A DNA stretch of 64,000 nucleotides from Tubiluchus corallicola (Eukaryota > Animalia > Priapulida): assembly GCA_030141605.1 (NCBI GenBank), contig JAQGDQ010000045.1:744001-808000 (forward strand), given 5' to 3'. Position numbers and translations under genes: made by a program. How positions within the stretch are numbered: position 1 is the first letter of the stretch; every line of letters starts with the position of its first letter. Below are positions 26,046-41,300 of the stretch, piece by piece. A model generated the notes under the pieces. It saw only the letters and a list, made by a program, of their open reading frames with translations. It was not told where the DNA came from and did no database searches.

Positions 26046-27299
26046 CTCAAAAAACAAAAAACAGGGTAAGCACAATGTTTATGATTAAAATAAATTTATG
26101 TTTACTTTCTCAGTTATCAAAGTTAAGTGTTTATAAATACCTTTGTATCAAAATCTCAGTAATTCTGTAAATAAGCACAATGAAATGCCACTGCAAAACA
26201 CGATGTGCCAATAATGCCTTACATTCTACGTCAGTCAGTCATTAATTCAGTCATTAACGTGCACTGCAAAACTTTTCCTGAAAACCTCAATTATGCACAG
26301 CGAAAGTAAATTATGATTATAAATATTTACAGAAACAAAAACTGCAGTAAAAACAAATTTAAGTTCATGTTTAACATTCCCCACCTGGTGTTAGCTGTAA
26401 TAATACCAACTATTTTCAATATTTAAATAGCATTGTAATTGTTCGAAAAGGTAAATAAAATACAACTATTACAAACAAATAACAATGATGTAATTGCAGC
26501 AAGCAAATTGCAGTGCTTATGCTAATTTTAGTAAGTGATGTTATGCAGCACAGAAAAACTTTAAACATTAAATAATAATTGTCATTAGTTGATATTTTTA
26601 ATATAAGTATCTGAAATATGACGGCTTCAGATAAATTCTAGAGTTATGAACTAAACATAATGTGAAAGTTATTGATTGTACAATAATTAATGCTTTAGAA
26701 ACCGTCATGCAAATTGATTAAATTTGAAAATCAAGTTTTGCAAATTTTCCAAGTGACCTAGTCATCACTGTGCACATAATTTGTAATAGTGAAGACACGA
26801 AAGGTGCAACGAACTTGTGACATTTCATCAGATTATTTGACTCCGCAAGAATGTAGCATCATTAATTATATTTCAGATAGTTATACCACAGGTAGAATAA
26901 TTTAATGTCATCGTCTATTATAAACAGCTCTCGCAGCATTTTGCCCAAACTAATTATTTAAAGCACTTCTTGAGGAGTTACGATTTTAAATGAGAAAGTG
27001 AGACAGCTTTGAATGTTGTCTCTGAGCAGAATAAGAAAGAAATGTAACAATTAGCATTCTGTTTAACTGGCCTTTAAACAGTAAGACTTTAAACGAGTCC
27101 TCAATCAGTGTTGTGCTTCAGCATTTTTTGGGTGTAGAAAACTACAAACCTAGTTAAAATACAGGTGTGTTTGATGAAATGGACGGGCAACGTTTGGAAA
27201 GTCTGTATTCTGAGAAAACTGACAATTAGACAATCAGCAAAACATCTCATCTTTCATGCAACAGAAATCATACTGGTTCTCTATACTCATGATAATGTG

Positions 27300-27656
27300 T
27301 CTTGTAAATGTGCAAGCATACAGGGACAATGTATAGTCTTAATACTATAGTGGAAAACTACTAAAGCAATGTCAGTGCAAGAGCATAAGTCTATATCAGG
27401 ATATACCAAAGTTTTGATCACGTTAGTGTAAATATAAAATAACCAAATTACCCGAATCTTACCACATTGATTTTACAGACATTTAAGTATGGATACCAAA
27501 AATTTTAGGTGATTCTGTTAGATGTATCCAAAGGTACAGAAGTTCTAAATCAACAAGTCAAAAAATAAAGTGCAGGAAAAAAATTGCCGCTATCGTTAAA
27601 ATTTACAGCAAGTGCTCTTGTAAATGTGCAAGCATACAGGGACAATGTATAGTCTT
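27300..27656. repeat. Perfect 41-bp direct repeats separated by 275 bp
   Basis: TCTTGTAAATGTGCAAGCATACAGGGACAATGTATAGTCTT at 27300 and 27616. Confidence 0.9.
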
Positions 27657-28239
27657 GCACACATAAAGCAAATTTTAATTGTCAGTTTTAAACTTTGGCA
27701 ATAGTTTAATGCATAGTACAGACTACATTCTGTCAGACTACATTTTACCACGCTTTGTCAGATTATATTTTTACGTAAATAAAATGTTCCGCCTAAGCTT
27801 ACAGATATGCTTTCAGCCATAGGCCCTAGTAAACTTGCCATGAATTGTGCAGGTATGCAAAAAAAAAACAGGCAAGTTCAAATCTGAAAAAGCTCACAGT
27901 CAAACTTGTAATACACATTTCAGAATTCAAAAACACAGCGATGAATTCTTAATACTTGACACAAATCTACCCTGGCTGGTATGCTATCCTAGGCCAGTAT
28001 AAAATTCTGAAAAAACACTGATAAATGGTGGACAGAGCAGAGACATCGTACAGATTAAAATCTTTAAAAATTGTGATTTATGAATGTTATTCCATTTAAG
28101 TAGAATGTGTGCGACAAATAACAAGTATGACAACTTGTGCTTTGAAGATTATTTTACAGTAGTATAAGGCATGAATAATTTCAGACACGAAGGCCTGGCT
28201 TTTAAACCAAATTCCATAATCTACAGATCTGTCATTTTA

Positions 28240-28435
28240 ACATGGACGTATCCATGTTCCACAATTTATTTCATATTTTCGCCTTTTTGTGGACACATCC
28301 CTGTTGCACAATCTACTTAAAATTTTCACTTTGCTGTGAATAAATCACTGTTCTGCAATCTACTTCAAATTCGCCACGTTACCGTGGATGTATCGCTTTT
28401 ACAAGTCTGCTGATAATTTGTCACCTTATCATGAC
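28240..28435. repeat. Degenerate minisatellite, period about 46-47 bp, about 4 copies
   Basis: Recurring GTGGA..ATC.CTGTT..ACAATCTACTT.AAATT units. Confidence 0.6.
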
Positions 28436-31400
28436 ATATGTTTTCAAATACGGCTTAAACAATTTAATATTCACCAATACAGTACGAAATAACTCAGATT
28501 TTATTCAAATATAGAATCGGTCACAAATACAGTATCAGATTATGTCAATAAACGTTGTCAGCAGTACGGATATTGTAGTTAAGGGTCAAAGGTAAGATCA
28601 ACGGTTAAGAACTCGTGAAATTGATGTTGTCTCAATAATCACTGCTCTGAGATTTCAAAAAAGTATTAATTTATCCAGATATAAATTAGTAAACAGATTA
28701 CGAGACGAGCAATCATGTCAAACTAATTTGATAATCACAGTGAATCAAGTTGAACGGAAAAAGCGACAAAATCAAACATCGGCACCATCAGATCACCAAC
28801 TCTGATTAATCTATAAACAAGTTTATAGCGAACGTCATGCAACAGCTAAGTAAAGAGTCTATCAAATACTTCATCAAATAAACCACTCAAGATCAAGTGC
28901 CCGCCACTTCTTAAAGCTCATCATCTAGAGTTGTTGATACATTCTCAATAACAATTTTCGGCAAAGTGCATATACTAGGAATAGATCCATATTTACCGAT
29001 CAATCAAATGGCGATTTCCATCTATAAATCAGACTGTATAATACGCGCATGTTACAAATACTGTAAAAACTCAAATGCACTTCCATATATCAAATGCACT
29101 ATCACACGTTTACAAGACGAACACAAGTTTTCTACTACTCTATGCAGTAAATGCGTACACAGGCAATAATGAATTCAGCCAAGCAGCGCGGCAGGTCAAA
29201 TAAACCTGAACATACTACCACTACACGTCTGCGAACTACAACAGAGAAATACTTGTACTGGCCAGACAATACGACTCCAGGCTATGTGTGAATAAAACGG
29301 ACGCCGAGAGGTATATCATGGGGCAAAATAAAACCTAGTTGAAGGTATCAATGTCAAGAGAGTTATAATAAGCATTCCACGCACAAACGTGATAACATCT
29401 GATGTAATTAATTATAATTCATCTTAAGAAAATAGCTGGGCCATTAGGACTGCTGAAGACTTGACAGCGAACGATAATACTAGTGAAATGTCACTCACTA
29501 CAAAAATAAAAGTTGCAAATAGCTAGTGATTAAGCTTTCTATTCAGCATATGTAACTTGTCACACAGGGCCACATAGTAACTCGTCTTACTGTACATGAA
29601 CAGGGTAAGAATGGATGCAACACTTTTTCCTTAAATTCAATTCAGAAAATGAGAACTGTAATGAGTGTAATCATTTGACTCAAGCCACTCAACAGTCCAC
29701 GTGCCACCTGCATAATGCAACCATCTCATAATAGAAATTTAATTGCAAGAGCGGTTCCCTAAGTGGACATTCAGTAGCCAAAATACAGTGAAACTGCACA
29801 AGAAAACGTCCTCTTTTTAATCATGCCCAAAACACTACCATAGCGACGTTAGTGTGTATGATAAAAGGACGTCAAGTTTTGCTAATGAGGCCTGACACTC
29901 ACGAGACCACTAAACTGACATGCAAAATACATATAATTACTAGTAAATAATAATACACTGTGTCAAACTGATATACTGGCAGGTGTATTTTAAAATATAT
30001 GCTGCTAAACGTGGTACTTACGTAAATTAGTAAGGACGGAGTGTGGAATACAGATAAATATGCCATTACAACGAACATAGAAATTTAAAATTAAATTATC
30101 GAATAAAGTTTTTAAGATATGTAAAAATATTTTTCTATCTTCTTGTCTCAATATCTAATAGCACAAAATTCTTCGCAGCGTTACAAAACTTTTAAAACCT
30201 GTTCACAATTTCTGCCTTGATCACTACCAAACTGGTTATTTGGACATTCTTCTAAGCCCTGAATGCTCAGAGTTTACTCAGGAATTGCCATGGCTGGCAG
30301 TGGTGTTCGACTTGAATCGAAATGTAAACACAAAAAAGACAAAACTCGCGTGTGGTTTGAATGGTCTACCATAAGGACAACTGTGGTCTTAACTGATATA
30401 CCAAATAGATTTATAAAAAATATCAATAGTTACTATTAATTTGGACTTTGGCAGTTAACAATGGAGCAATGAACAAAATTTAACAGTTGAAGAAATAATT
30501 TGCGCCTTTTTAAAAAAATAAATATGAAAATAAAAAAGCGTCAGTCTCTAATGGAAAGGCTTGAAATAGTTGTCATGGTTGCATGCTACTTTAATATTGT
30601 TTCATTAATCTTGCATTTTTTCAGGGCTTAACGCACCAGATTAATTATTTTAAGCATTTACCTAGTTAACTTGTCCCAGCCCTGCAGCAAAGATTTGAAT
30701 AAGGGACTTAAAGATACTTTATTAATGATAGAACGCATTCACGGTTATTAAATAAAATAATGTTGGAAAGAGAGGAAGTTTAAAAAGTCTGACTGCGCCT
30801 TTAATTTGATCCAAAGATAGAGGTTAAAACTATAAATACGGCAATTGCTTAATACTTGATTAACTGTAGTTCATTTTCCTCCCAAACGTACATAAAAAGC
30901 AAACGGTGAATCATGCACAGTGAAAAAAGCTCGTGTCTACCACATCACGAATACCCGTCTCACTTCTGACGAGGCGAAAAGTGCATTTGACACTCTCCGA
31001 GAAACGACGTCCTGAAAACGTGAAAGCTCTCTCTCAAGGCCACAACGGTGAAAAGCACGGTAGATTTGCCATGACCCCATCCGACCTGCCCACAGTCAAT
31101 TGACGTCTGCTTGAGGTGCAAGCTATTGAATACTTTGCTAACACAATAAACATTTTACACAGAAAAAACAGATTTCGTCTACTTTTCTCTCTTCGTGGCT
31201 GTACACATCGCACACCAGCTGCAAATACAGAAATAAGAAAAAGGCAACAATTCGGAATTATCATACAGAGGCACAGAAGTTTAATCCCATAATTTTTTGG
31301 AGTTGAAAACTTACAAGGCTACTATGCTAGAGTATAAGTGCTGCCATAAAATACAGGATTTTTGAAAACTTGTTCTTCAATAAACAAATCCAAATAAAAT

Positions 31401-33896
31401 GTTTTTAAAATAAGTGCACTTTTAAAGACCTTTTAATAATTAAGTTTTTGGTAAATCAGTGAACATTCCTTTACAAGACAAAAACGAAACTTCCTAACTT
31501 CCAGAACATCAACTAAGACACAAGAAATACTAGTGAACATTCTATCGCCGAGAAGGCTCACCGGTAGCGTGCTTGCTTTCCACTGGGTCATGAGTTCAGT
31601 TCTTTGGCCAAGTAAGCTATATACCAAAAGCTCAAAAGTGGCACTGCTCGTTCTTACATCTAGCTTAGGATGTGGTATATGGAATAGCACGCGGATAATT
31701 TAAACCCCTGTTAATTATAGGTTTCATTTATTAAGCTTTAAGCCTATGTTAACTATTGTTTACCTCAGTCCCAATACAATTGATTACAGTGCTAATACAC
31801 CGCAAAAGCTTTAGGAGGAAAATCACATAAATATTTAAAAAGCTTTAAAATTTGACTGAGTATGAAATAAATTGATTTTTGATTACCTGGAGAAGGAGAA
31901 ATACGATGATTGGTACTGAAACCTGCTGCCTGCAGTTACATAATTGAGTAACATACATACCACAACAAACTAGAAAGTTATAATAATCCCATTTTGAAAT
32001 CAACTAAAAACTAAGCAAATTAGCCAAATCAAAAACCAGCTTACAACTCAGAATTTATTCAGATAAAACTCTTCAATCAATATTACTCTATACGATAAGT
32101 TTATTACGGGCATGTACCTCTCTTTCTCCTTTAACAATTTCTTAAAACATTCTTTGAGCTAAAATATCAAAACAAAAATATACATTTTCCAAAATAACAA
32201 GGGATATTGAAAGTGACCTTGATGGTAGAGCTATCTTTAAACGATTACTCAATGTGTAGCCATCTGTTCATCCATGTGAACATAGCTTATACCAACTTAC
32301 TCTTTTTGGTTTAAGCAACAGACTTCTCACGATACAATGCTATAATTCAGCCTAATTCTTTTTACTAAATTCAACGGCATAATTTCACCACTAACAAACA
32401 AAATACACCTCGCATTTGCTTATTTTTGAGACCACTTTCAAAACACTAATGTGCACCTTGGTAGCAATGTCTTAAGTAGTTTTACAATATGGATTGTTAT
32501 CAAAACAAACCATTTAAAACTGTAGTGAAAACGAACCCCTGATTAACTGAATCAGTCTCTACCTACTGCAACATTCAGACGTGGTGTGAATGGTATGCAT
32601 GCCAAAGTGAGTTTAAATCTCAAATGACCCTATTGTGTTTTTGGTTCCAATCCTGGTCGACCAACAATGTTACAGGGCCTTCCTCCTCCAAAATTTGACT
32701 GCTGATTAAAGACAATGTTTGGCAACATTAAATTTCTGTACAATTACACAACGACTGAGCTTGCTTCAAATTAAAATGTGTACATTAATCTATGGGCTGT
32801 AAAGTAATAAAAAAACTCAAATTTTATTAACAGTTATCAAACAATATATCACGCAGGGTCACTGTCAATATATGAGTGTTGATTGGCGCACACACAGCAC
32901 ACAGTGACAGAACAACTGTTGAAGGCTTGAAGCAGAGCGCATTAAAATGCTTTATAACTGACTGCTGTACATCGCGATCCGCGCAGCATCTGCTGGAGTT
33001 TTCCATTTCACCATATCGCACAACGTCCTTGTTGCCGAAGCTCACATTACCGAAAACATACACAGACTCCTGTCAAGTCTAGCTGCTGTTGTAACACACT
33101 GCGTGAATATACCCAGCAATGTGCATAGTCAAAATCGCAAACGCCACAATGCATATTGTATCCGCGAACTCGTCAGACAGATTCCCCACAATTTTAGTAA
33201 TTTATTTCTCAAAACGAGCACCGAGTGGCTTGTGAAGCGTTGAAACGAGCAGCTAGTAAAACAGTGCAGGGGAAGGCATTTTAACAGATGTGCGACACAT
33301 GGCAAACAACCAAAGCCAGCTAATTTGTACCAATAATTTGCAAAACTGCTCTAGAATATATACCTTGGTGCATATGGGCCGCTCACAAAGGTCACGTTTA
33401 AAGACGTAGAAAAAATGAGTTACTATTTATCCATAACGATGCACGTGTTATTAGAAAATATGCTTGCTACTTAATTAACAATTAACTCTTTTAGACTGCA
33501 CGGAAGCTATGTGTTCTTTTATAATTAAAGCTCTGTGGCAGACATGCTAATTTTCCATTTATGAAAGCATAATTAGTTACATTTCTGTAAGCGACATCTA
33601 AGAGGTTTTCGGTTCTTCGAAACAAGCCATCCGTAGAGTAAAAGAATCACAATGATTAAATTTCCGACATCAGAACTGAGCTAAATGGAAGAAATGTAAA
33701 CCAATATCCTATGCATTATAAGTCCGTGATTCATTAGACAACACCTGTGCAATGTCCAAATAATGCAATGCGACGCAGTCACAAATTCAATCCTATGTAG
33801 TATAATATTTAGTAGTAAATCACAGCAGATTACATTCGTAGCAGACGTTAATTCATTGCTGCTTATTTGTGAAATTCGACATGGCTAGCACTCAAC

Positions 33897-34030
33897 GTGC
33901 CTCGTGATCTAGTGCTTATGACAATCGACTTGAAATCCAAGGAACCCTGGTTCAAATCCAAGCAAGATCCTGACATACGTTTTTCCAGGTCACTCAGGTC
34001 CGTTAGCCTTAAATAGTTATTGAACACAAG
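33897..34030 (+). mobile_element. tRNA-derived SINE head or tRNA pseudogene
   Basis: A-box-like TGATCTAGTGC at 33905 and B box GGTTCAAATCC at 33949 with tRNA spacing, but the stems pair poorly. Confidence 0.55.
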
Positions 34031-36405
34031 TGCTGATTATTAATGAAAATAAATGTTACATTGTCATATTACTGTAAATTACCAATGACCATTAGAGTGT
34101 GTCATAATTAATCACAAACAGTTAACTGCTTTCAAGTAAGTCATTGCAGAACGTCAAGTCCCAGGACAAATAGGTACTACGCATTTTTCGCCATTAAATC
34201 ATAATTATATTACTATCTAAAGCCAAATGTTAGTAAGGCAGATTAATATAACAAGATTCGATGCGCATGGAACGCGAAAAAAATAAATGAATTCGCTACA
34301 AATGCAGTGTATGGAAACGAACTGACACCGAAAGAAAAGGCACTACACATGGCACAATCAGCAATAATAACCACATACCATAATGTTACAAGTTAGGGAC
34401 GGGTAAGCGGTATCCCAGGCTCTGTTAATCCACTACCACTGGCTTCACGAAATCCGCGAGTTCTGGTAGCATGATCTGACAGCAGCATTCATATATTGAT
34501 AAAACAACATACAATTACGAGACAGTGTAATAGAAAAGTAAATACTACTTAAGAGAATATTGAATTTGCGGTTCGCACAAGCCTGAAAGATTCTCGCCGT
34601 TTCCCATGATATTACGTTTGTGAGGTACAGCTGCCGGCTTCGGCTATGATTCTCTATTAACGTAATGACTGCCGAGCATGCAGTCACTATAAATGTAAAT
34701 GGGACTCGAATTAGCAGCTCGCGTAATGAAATCGAATGAAATGTTGAACTTCGCAGTACCCTTGAATATGCACTCATCCAGGCACAAATGTATACATTCT
34801 GATATGAACTCAAGTCAGTCTGGTTCTGGTACTTCTCTTAGACTAAAAATAAGTTTGTCCGCAGCACATTTGCTGCCATTTATCATAATTTTAACAACGT
34901 GGCAAACAGCTGAAATTCAAATGACATGACCGTTTTGTTGTTTAGTTCTCTTGCGAATTGCTGGTGCTTTCTAGCTTTATAATACAACCCAACACAGTAA
35001 TTTTCAACCAATAATGTTGAAAATAATGTTGGCGATTACATACACAATTTTACAAGAGCAAACTAATCTTACCCGCAATACTACCAAGTTACTAAGTTTG
35101 TTGTAACGATCAAAAAATTAACACATTTCACTGATGCACATGTGCAGTAACTTTTAAAAATTTTCAAATCTATGTATGTATATATACTTCGCTAGTATCT
35201 GTACATATCTACGTAATTCAGCAATAGACCAAAGATCTTTTATTTTCAATTTATTCTACCTATGATAGCACTATTGTGCAGTAGTGGGTTAATGATTAGA
35301 TCCAGGTACCATCTATGAACGGCTACGTTCATTTAAAAAATTGTATTTTAACCATACAATTAAGTTGCATAAGCTTTTGGCAGTACTTACATTTTAAAAA
35401 TATCGTAAGACTTATGCCCTTCGGGATCGGGCTTGCTTTTTAGACGCAGACAGTCTGTCTGCGATAAGTCTAAAAGACTAGGAACCGATGTGTGTTGGCT
35501 ATTGACCAATCAATTTCTACCATGATTATGGAGCACGGAAAAAAGATCTTGTCATCTGCAAGAACTCGATGAAGAAACGATTCGCCTAGGACACTATTGA
35601 TCAACACTACAGCACACAAAACATCATTAAAAATGCAACAGTATTTGTTTGAAATACATAAGCAATTTCAGCTCGCTGAGGAGTGACATTAATGCTATCA
35701 GGTTCTAGCTTACTGTCACTGAAGTTAGCCTTCGAGGCTTTTGAAATAATTGTAACTTTTCTAGATACATACTAATAACAACAAAATTAGCTGTGCACTA
35801 TTTTGGCGCATATACGAGAGTGATATCTTTTAACGATAGAACCAAAAGCAAATTAGCCTTGAAAACATATTCAGTTTATTGCAAACGTAAGTAATAATTG
35901 ACAAAAGCTAACTCAATACAGGTGCTCAAAAAGCAGTAGTCTACAATGGTGTCACTGCTTAACATCAAACCATAAAAGCTACCGTTTTAAGCTTTTCAAG
36001 TGCTATTTGTGTTAATCAAAGCACCAGCAGCCAACCTCTGGTAGAGTTTCTCATGGAATAGCGACATTTGACCAAAACGTTACATTGAAATATGATCGAA
36101 ATCCTTTCATAAAGCACACTTGGTCGACAAAAACGACCGCTGCTGTTGAAGAAAGCCTATCAAAATCACGCTCGTTTCTAAGCAGTTAAAAATGCTTTTG
36201 TGACGCGAATGAACCTCGCCTCAGACAAATCACCTCCCACTGTGTTCTACGTAAAAGAACAGCAAAAGAATGGCGGCAGTTGACATAGCTACATCACGAT
36301 AGTCGAGAATCACACCTGTGAGCACAAGGACTACATGCTAGCTGGGCCAACTGTGAATATAAAACTTGCATCCTAACAGCCAGCTAAACCAATTACTAAT
36401 ATAAG

Positions 36406-36725
36406 ACCTACATCCTACCTATACCATTTGCGACTGCATTATAGCTGTTCCAGCTGCAAAAAAGATCTGCATCTAAAGGCTAACTATACCAAACTACAAA
36501 AAACCAAAAGGTGAAATGTGCAAGATAAAAAGTATGGGCCCTACAAACGAAAGCTTGTCAAAAAAACCTACATCCTACCTATACCATTTGCGACTGCATT
36601 ATAGCTGTTCCAGCTGCAAAAAAGATCTGCATCTAAAGGCTAACTATACCAAACTACAAAAAACCAAAAGGTGAAATGTGCAAGATAAAAAGTATGGGCC
36701 CTACAAACGAAAGCTTGTCAAAAAA
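36406..36725. repeat. Perfect 160-bp tandem duplication
   Basis: 36406..36565 is identical to 36566..36725 by eye. Confidence 0.95.
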
Positions 36726-38112
36726 CAAGGTCTCTTTTTCACAAATTACGTAGCATAGTCAGTATAGGACAAAAAAACCAAAAATTAATAATCTACTTTT
36801 TTAATCTTCTTATCCAGGCACTGATCAAAGAGCTGCAGTTGTAAGGCAATAAGGCCTTTCAAGAGAGTCAGTAAATTACTTGGTGCTCAGTAGCAGTAGT
36901 ATTTACGCCTTGCCAGTGCTCACTAACCATTCACTGTGTATTACGGACAAAACACGGCTTATTACCGATCCAATCATACAGGTAATTTCAATAAAAGCCC
37001 GGTATTACTTCCCTTCCAGCAAAATTGCTTTGTCAAACGACGCATTTTGCCAAAGTAACAAAATGAGGCGCACTACTAACTCAAGTGCTGTAAGGAAATA
37101 GAGGGAAATCTAGTTGTAGATGTCAGAAAAGCGTAAGAACATAGCATGATTTGCTGTCTTGCACGTGTATCAGTACTATACACCTAATTTGAATGTTTAA
37201 TAACGTGCATAAATGCAGCAAGTCGATAAAAAGCGTAATTTTGTTAACCCAAAAGATTAACGACATTATGAACGTAGACGTCTTTGTAATTGAACACTGA
37301 TTAAATTTTTCTCTTTTTAAAACTCCCAAGTACAATAATTTTCTCCGTAACCTTTCTGCGTCTTTCAAAAGTGTAAAATTAAATATGGATTACATAAGCC
37401 ATGGTAATTGAAATAGCAAATTATTAAAGCGCATACCTGACTGAGTAAATTCAATGGAGGTAACCATGGAAACCTTTTGTATGCATTTTTCCACATCATA
37501 AATAAAAACAAAATTTATTAAAAATGATCTGCCTTAGTGTATTATTCCTGTGAAGTTTTACCATGGCGAATTATTAAACAAATGAAACTTGCTAAGACAA
37601 TGTAAGCTCGCCACAATAACTAAAACAAATGACTATTTTTGTACACCATACTGTTGTTTAAAATAATGTTTTGATAAGTCGTTGACGTCAAAGAGAGCGA
37701 AGAGTTTCAACAAAAAAGAAAAATCAAAAATAAAACTGTCATGCCTACGCTGCTATCTGAAAACCACTTGTATTTACGAAAGTGCTTAACCAGCGTAATA
37801 TAGGTTTAGCATCTAAGCATGATCTAAGCACTAGTTTAATTCACTTAGACCAGAATGAAATTTTTGTTTTACTTTTCCTTGCAATGCAGTTGTAAACTAT
37901 ATAGTATTGTATGTAGTAGACTATAGACTATTATTACTGAAACTATTTGGCTCCCACCAAAACAAATCAAGGACCGAACAGCCCATTTTGGATCCAAATC
38001 TGAAAAGACTTTAGTTACTGCATGTCACGACAACTGCAGGATCTAGTCTTGCAACCGTCAGTCGCTAAATGAAACTTGAGGAGACAGCTTGAATAGTCTG
38101 TTCAATGAGCAA

Positions 38113-38360
38113 TAGGGCGAGCATTCTCTACCAAAAAGTGATTTTCGATTTGAATCGAACCAAACTTCAGTATTTCGAATACGAACTGAGTTTGACAGAT
38201 TTTCAGATAAGTTTTCGAACCATCAGTAAAAAGCTGTATTACAAAGATTATACATATTACTCGATTTTGTTCTGCAGTAAAACCACTAATAATTTGTTTG
38301 AAAATTGAAAACAAAATTCTATATCTATAGCATTTTGAGCTCAAATCGAATTCGAACAAA
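38113..38360 (-). mobile_element. Partial copy of the TTCGAA-rich TIR element also present at 60256-61508
   Basis: TAGGGCGAGCATTCTCTACC... resembles the reverse complement of 61400-61508; 38240-38305 resembles the reverse complement of 60630-60690. Confidence 0.65.
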
Positions 38361-41300
38361 AAAATATCAGCAATGTATTGACATTTTTTTCATTCACAAG
38401 TTACTTAACAATAGGAGACGTGCAATACAGAACTGAAACCTCAGATTAGATAAAAAATTACACACCGAGTTATACCGATAAATCCAGTAAGCCACCCCCT
38501 ATTATTATGCCCTTAGCCTGCCGCTAAACGTATGATGGTAAAGTGAACTATTCCACAGTTATCCTAAGACTGTAAGCTAGTAATATTCTAACGCAAGACT
38601 TCTAAGATATCAAAAAAAAATTGTGCCACATCAGAATACTCAGTGTGCAAGACAATTCCTTAAACTGTTTTACAGAATATATAAACAAGGTTGCATAGTG
38701 TTGTTAAAAAGTATTACCATAAATCTTCTATCCAAATTGGCCAATATCGTAAAAAATTCTTAAATATCAGGCACTGATATCTGGACTAGTCATTTAGAAT
38801 ACTAATGCTGACTACACAAATTTCAAATATAATATTAAGATTTGAGGCTTACATTGTAGTGCAAAATAAATTCTTAGCATCATGCAGAAAACTAATGTTA
38901 CTGGCGAATGTACTATTTTGATATTAGATTCTATAATCTATAATATTAGATTAATTACTAGATCTGTTATTAGGTGTTATTTCTTATTACAAAACACTAA
39001 AATGAAAGTTGGAAAAATAATGTATAGAATATTTATAATGACTTGATTGAGTAATGAATGTTTTGAAGGACCATAAAAATTTAATAATTATTCTCTCACA
39101 TGTCAGTACCGACCGGTTATTATAATTTCTAAAATAAAATGCCAAGTTACCTGGTCAATTCTGCACCTGGTTTTGCATTATGCTGTGTTCACCTTGTTAT
39201 TTTCCCCCCAGTCCCTAGGTACAGCACACGTGTATGTGTATGGCTACGAGGATGTTCAAATTTCCCTGGGGCAAATACCTAATCATGCTCTATGACAACA
39301 AACGAATTCTTGAAAAGCTTACAGTTCTCCCATAACTTTATTATGAAGTTTCAAAAGAAAGACTGACTCACAATGTGTCTGTAAGTGTATTGAGCTAGTT
39401 GTATTAATATGCCTATTGTAAAAATATGACAAAAATCTTCAAAAAATTACTTGAGTTCAGCCAAAATCACCATTTAGGAAATCAAAACCAACAAACCATC
39501 AGTGCCATACGTGTAAAATTAATAACAGCCGTCCCTTCACTGTAATAGGTTTAGAACTGAACAGCATCAGATCTTAGTTTCTGGCTATATGCATCAGTCC
39601 ACTAATTTTGAACAGTGAAACAGTTTGAGGTGTGTAGCAAATTACATTAATTGTTCTGTTTGTATCAAACAGATTTTAATGAAAGAATGATGTACATTTT
39701 CACACATACAGTAAAAAGTTATGAGCAGCACAGTTATACATATGCTGAACCATTGTTTTTGTGTTCATATCAAAAGCAAAAATCTGACAGCAAAAAGTAA
39801 TATAAATTTTGCGAAATCGCGAATGAACTCCTATTTATTGTCTAATATGCCAAGAGTGCAATTTGGAAGTATTTGGACTGATAACATGTCAAGCACACTG
39901 GTTATGTCTTAAAAAACAAAAGAAACCTTTAAAGGATAAAACAGTAACTCGTCTAGTTTATAATTTTTTTCAACGTAATAACAATTTGTATGTATGTTTG
40001 TGTTGCTGTGGAATAAATTCATAATTCATAATTAAAATTAGGCATGCTTGAGGTCGCTCATTGTCTCATGTTCTAACACTGACAATTTTTTAAATTTTTA
40101 TCATTGCTTTTCTACTGCTTTTTGAAAAAATTGAGATTGTGGCCAAGTAAATTTTAGATGGTTCAGACCTTCACAAGCAAAAGCAAAAATTCGTGAATAG
40201 CTATTTACGATTCATACATGTAGTGTTTTCTCAATCAACTTTACTACTCTTTTAGGCTACTTACTACTTTTACTAAAGCCTATGCATGTGTAGGTGCACA
40301 CAGCAACATTAAAATACAGAATTCGGAAGAGGTTCACATATAAATACAAAATAATAATAGGATAATATTAGCACACTTCATACAATAAAGATCAAAAATG
40401 AGGAAGTGTTTCATTGACATTCTTAACATTGAAATAACCTAGACTAAAACATGCCAAACAAGGGAACATTTGTTTTCTCAGAGATATTGCATTTGTGATC
40501 TGACCATACTGGGCTTCCTTTTATAATTAATATAACATACAGCATTCCTAAAAACACTTTAGACAATTTTAATTATCATTCTAATTAGTTGGCTGTTAGC
40601 TACTGCCATTTTAATGTAGAATAAAATGTAGCTATGACCACCTAAATTAGAATGAGAACTAAAAATTATATATTTACATCAATTCTGATTACCTGACAAT
40701 ATATGTACCAGTGTCTACCTGCAGCAAATTATGCTTTAAGTTATAAAATGATTAACAAAACAAATCAGATTATATAGTTTATATTTAAAAATGCATGCAT
40801 GCTTGTCAGTGTTAATATTTTTGCAGAAATAGTTTGCAATGAATTGCAAAGTGGTAGGAATAGAAATTTGAAATTAAAGTAAGACAGGCTTACCATATGC
40901 TACTAAATTACTGATTTTATGTGTCTTTCTGGTCTGTATAAGCTATGACAGTGCCATTAGGCATTTGCAATTTTATTGAAAGAAAACAGGATAATTTTTC
41001 AGATACGATCCTATTATGATGTACAGTAAAAGTGCACATTTTATCACCTCTAATAATGCCAAAATGTTCCTGATAATTATTTAAATATTAGCTTAGAAAC
41101 TTAATTAATGGCCGGTAAGCACAGCTAGTGATAATATCACAAGTTCAGAAGTGAATATAAGATTTTGTAATGGCAGAAACATTGCTTGAGCATGTATGTC
41201 CCACGCACTCGTGAGAGTAAAAATTAAAATGGAGCACTACTATAGACTTGTACGATACACACCAGCTCGGCATTTTTATGTTTAATTTTTTTTAAATTTC

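Noticed and set aside
28240-28435. Periodic repeat as a CRISPR-like array
   Set aside because: Eukaryotic context; units are degenerate along their whole length with no repeat-spacer structure.
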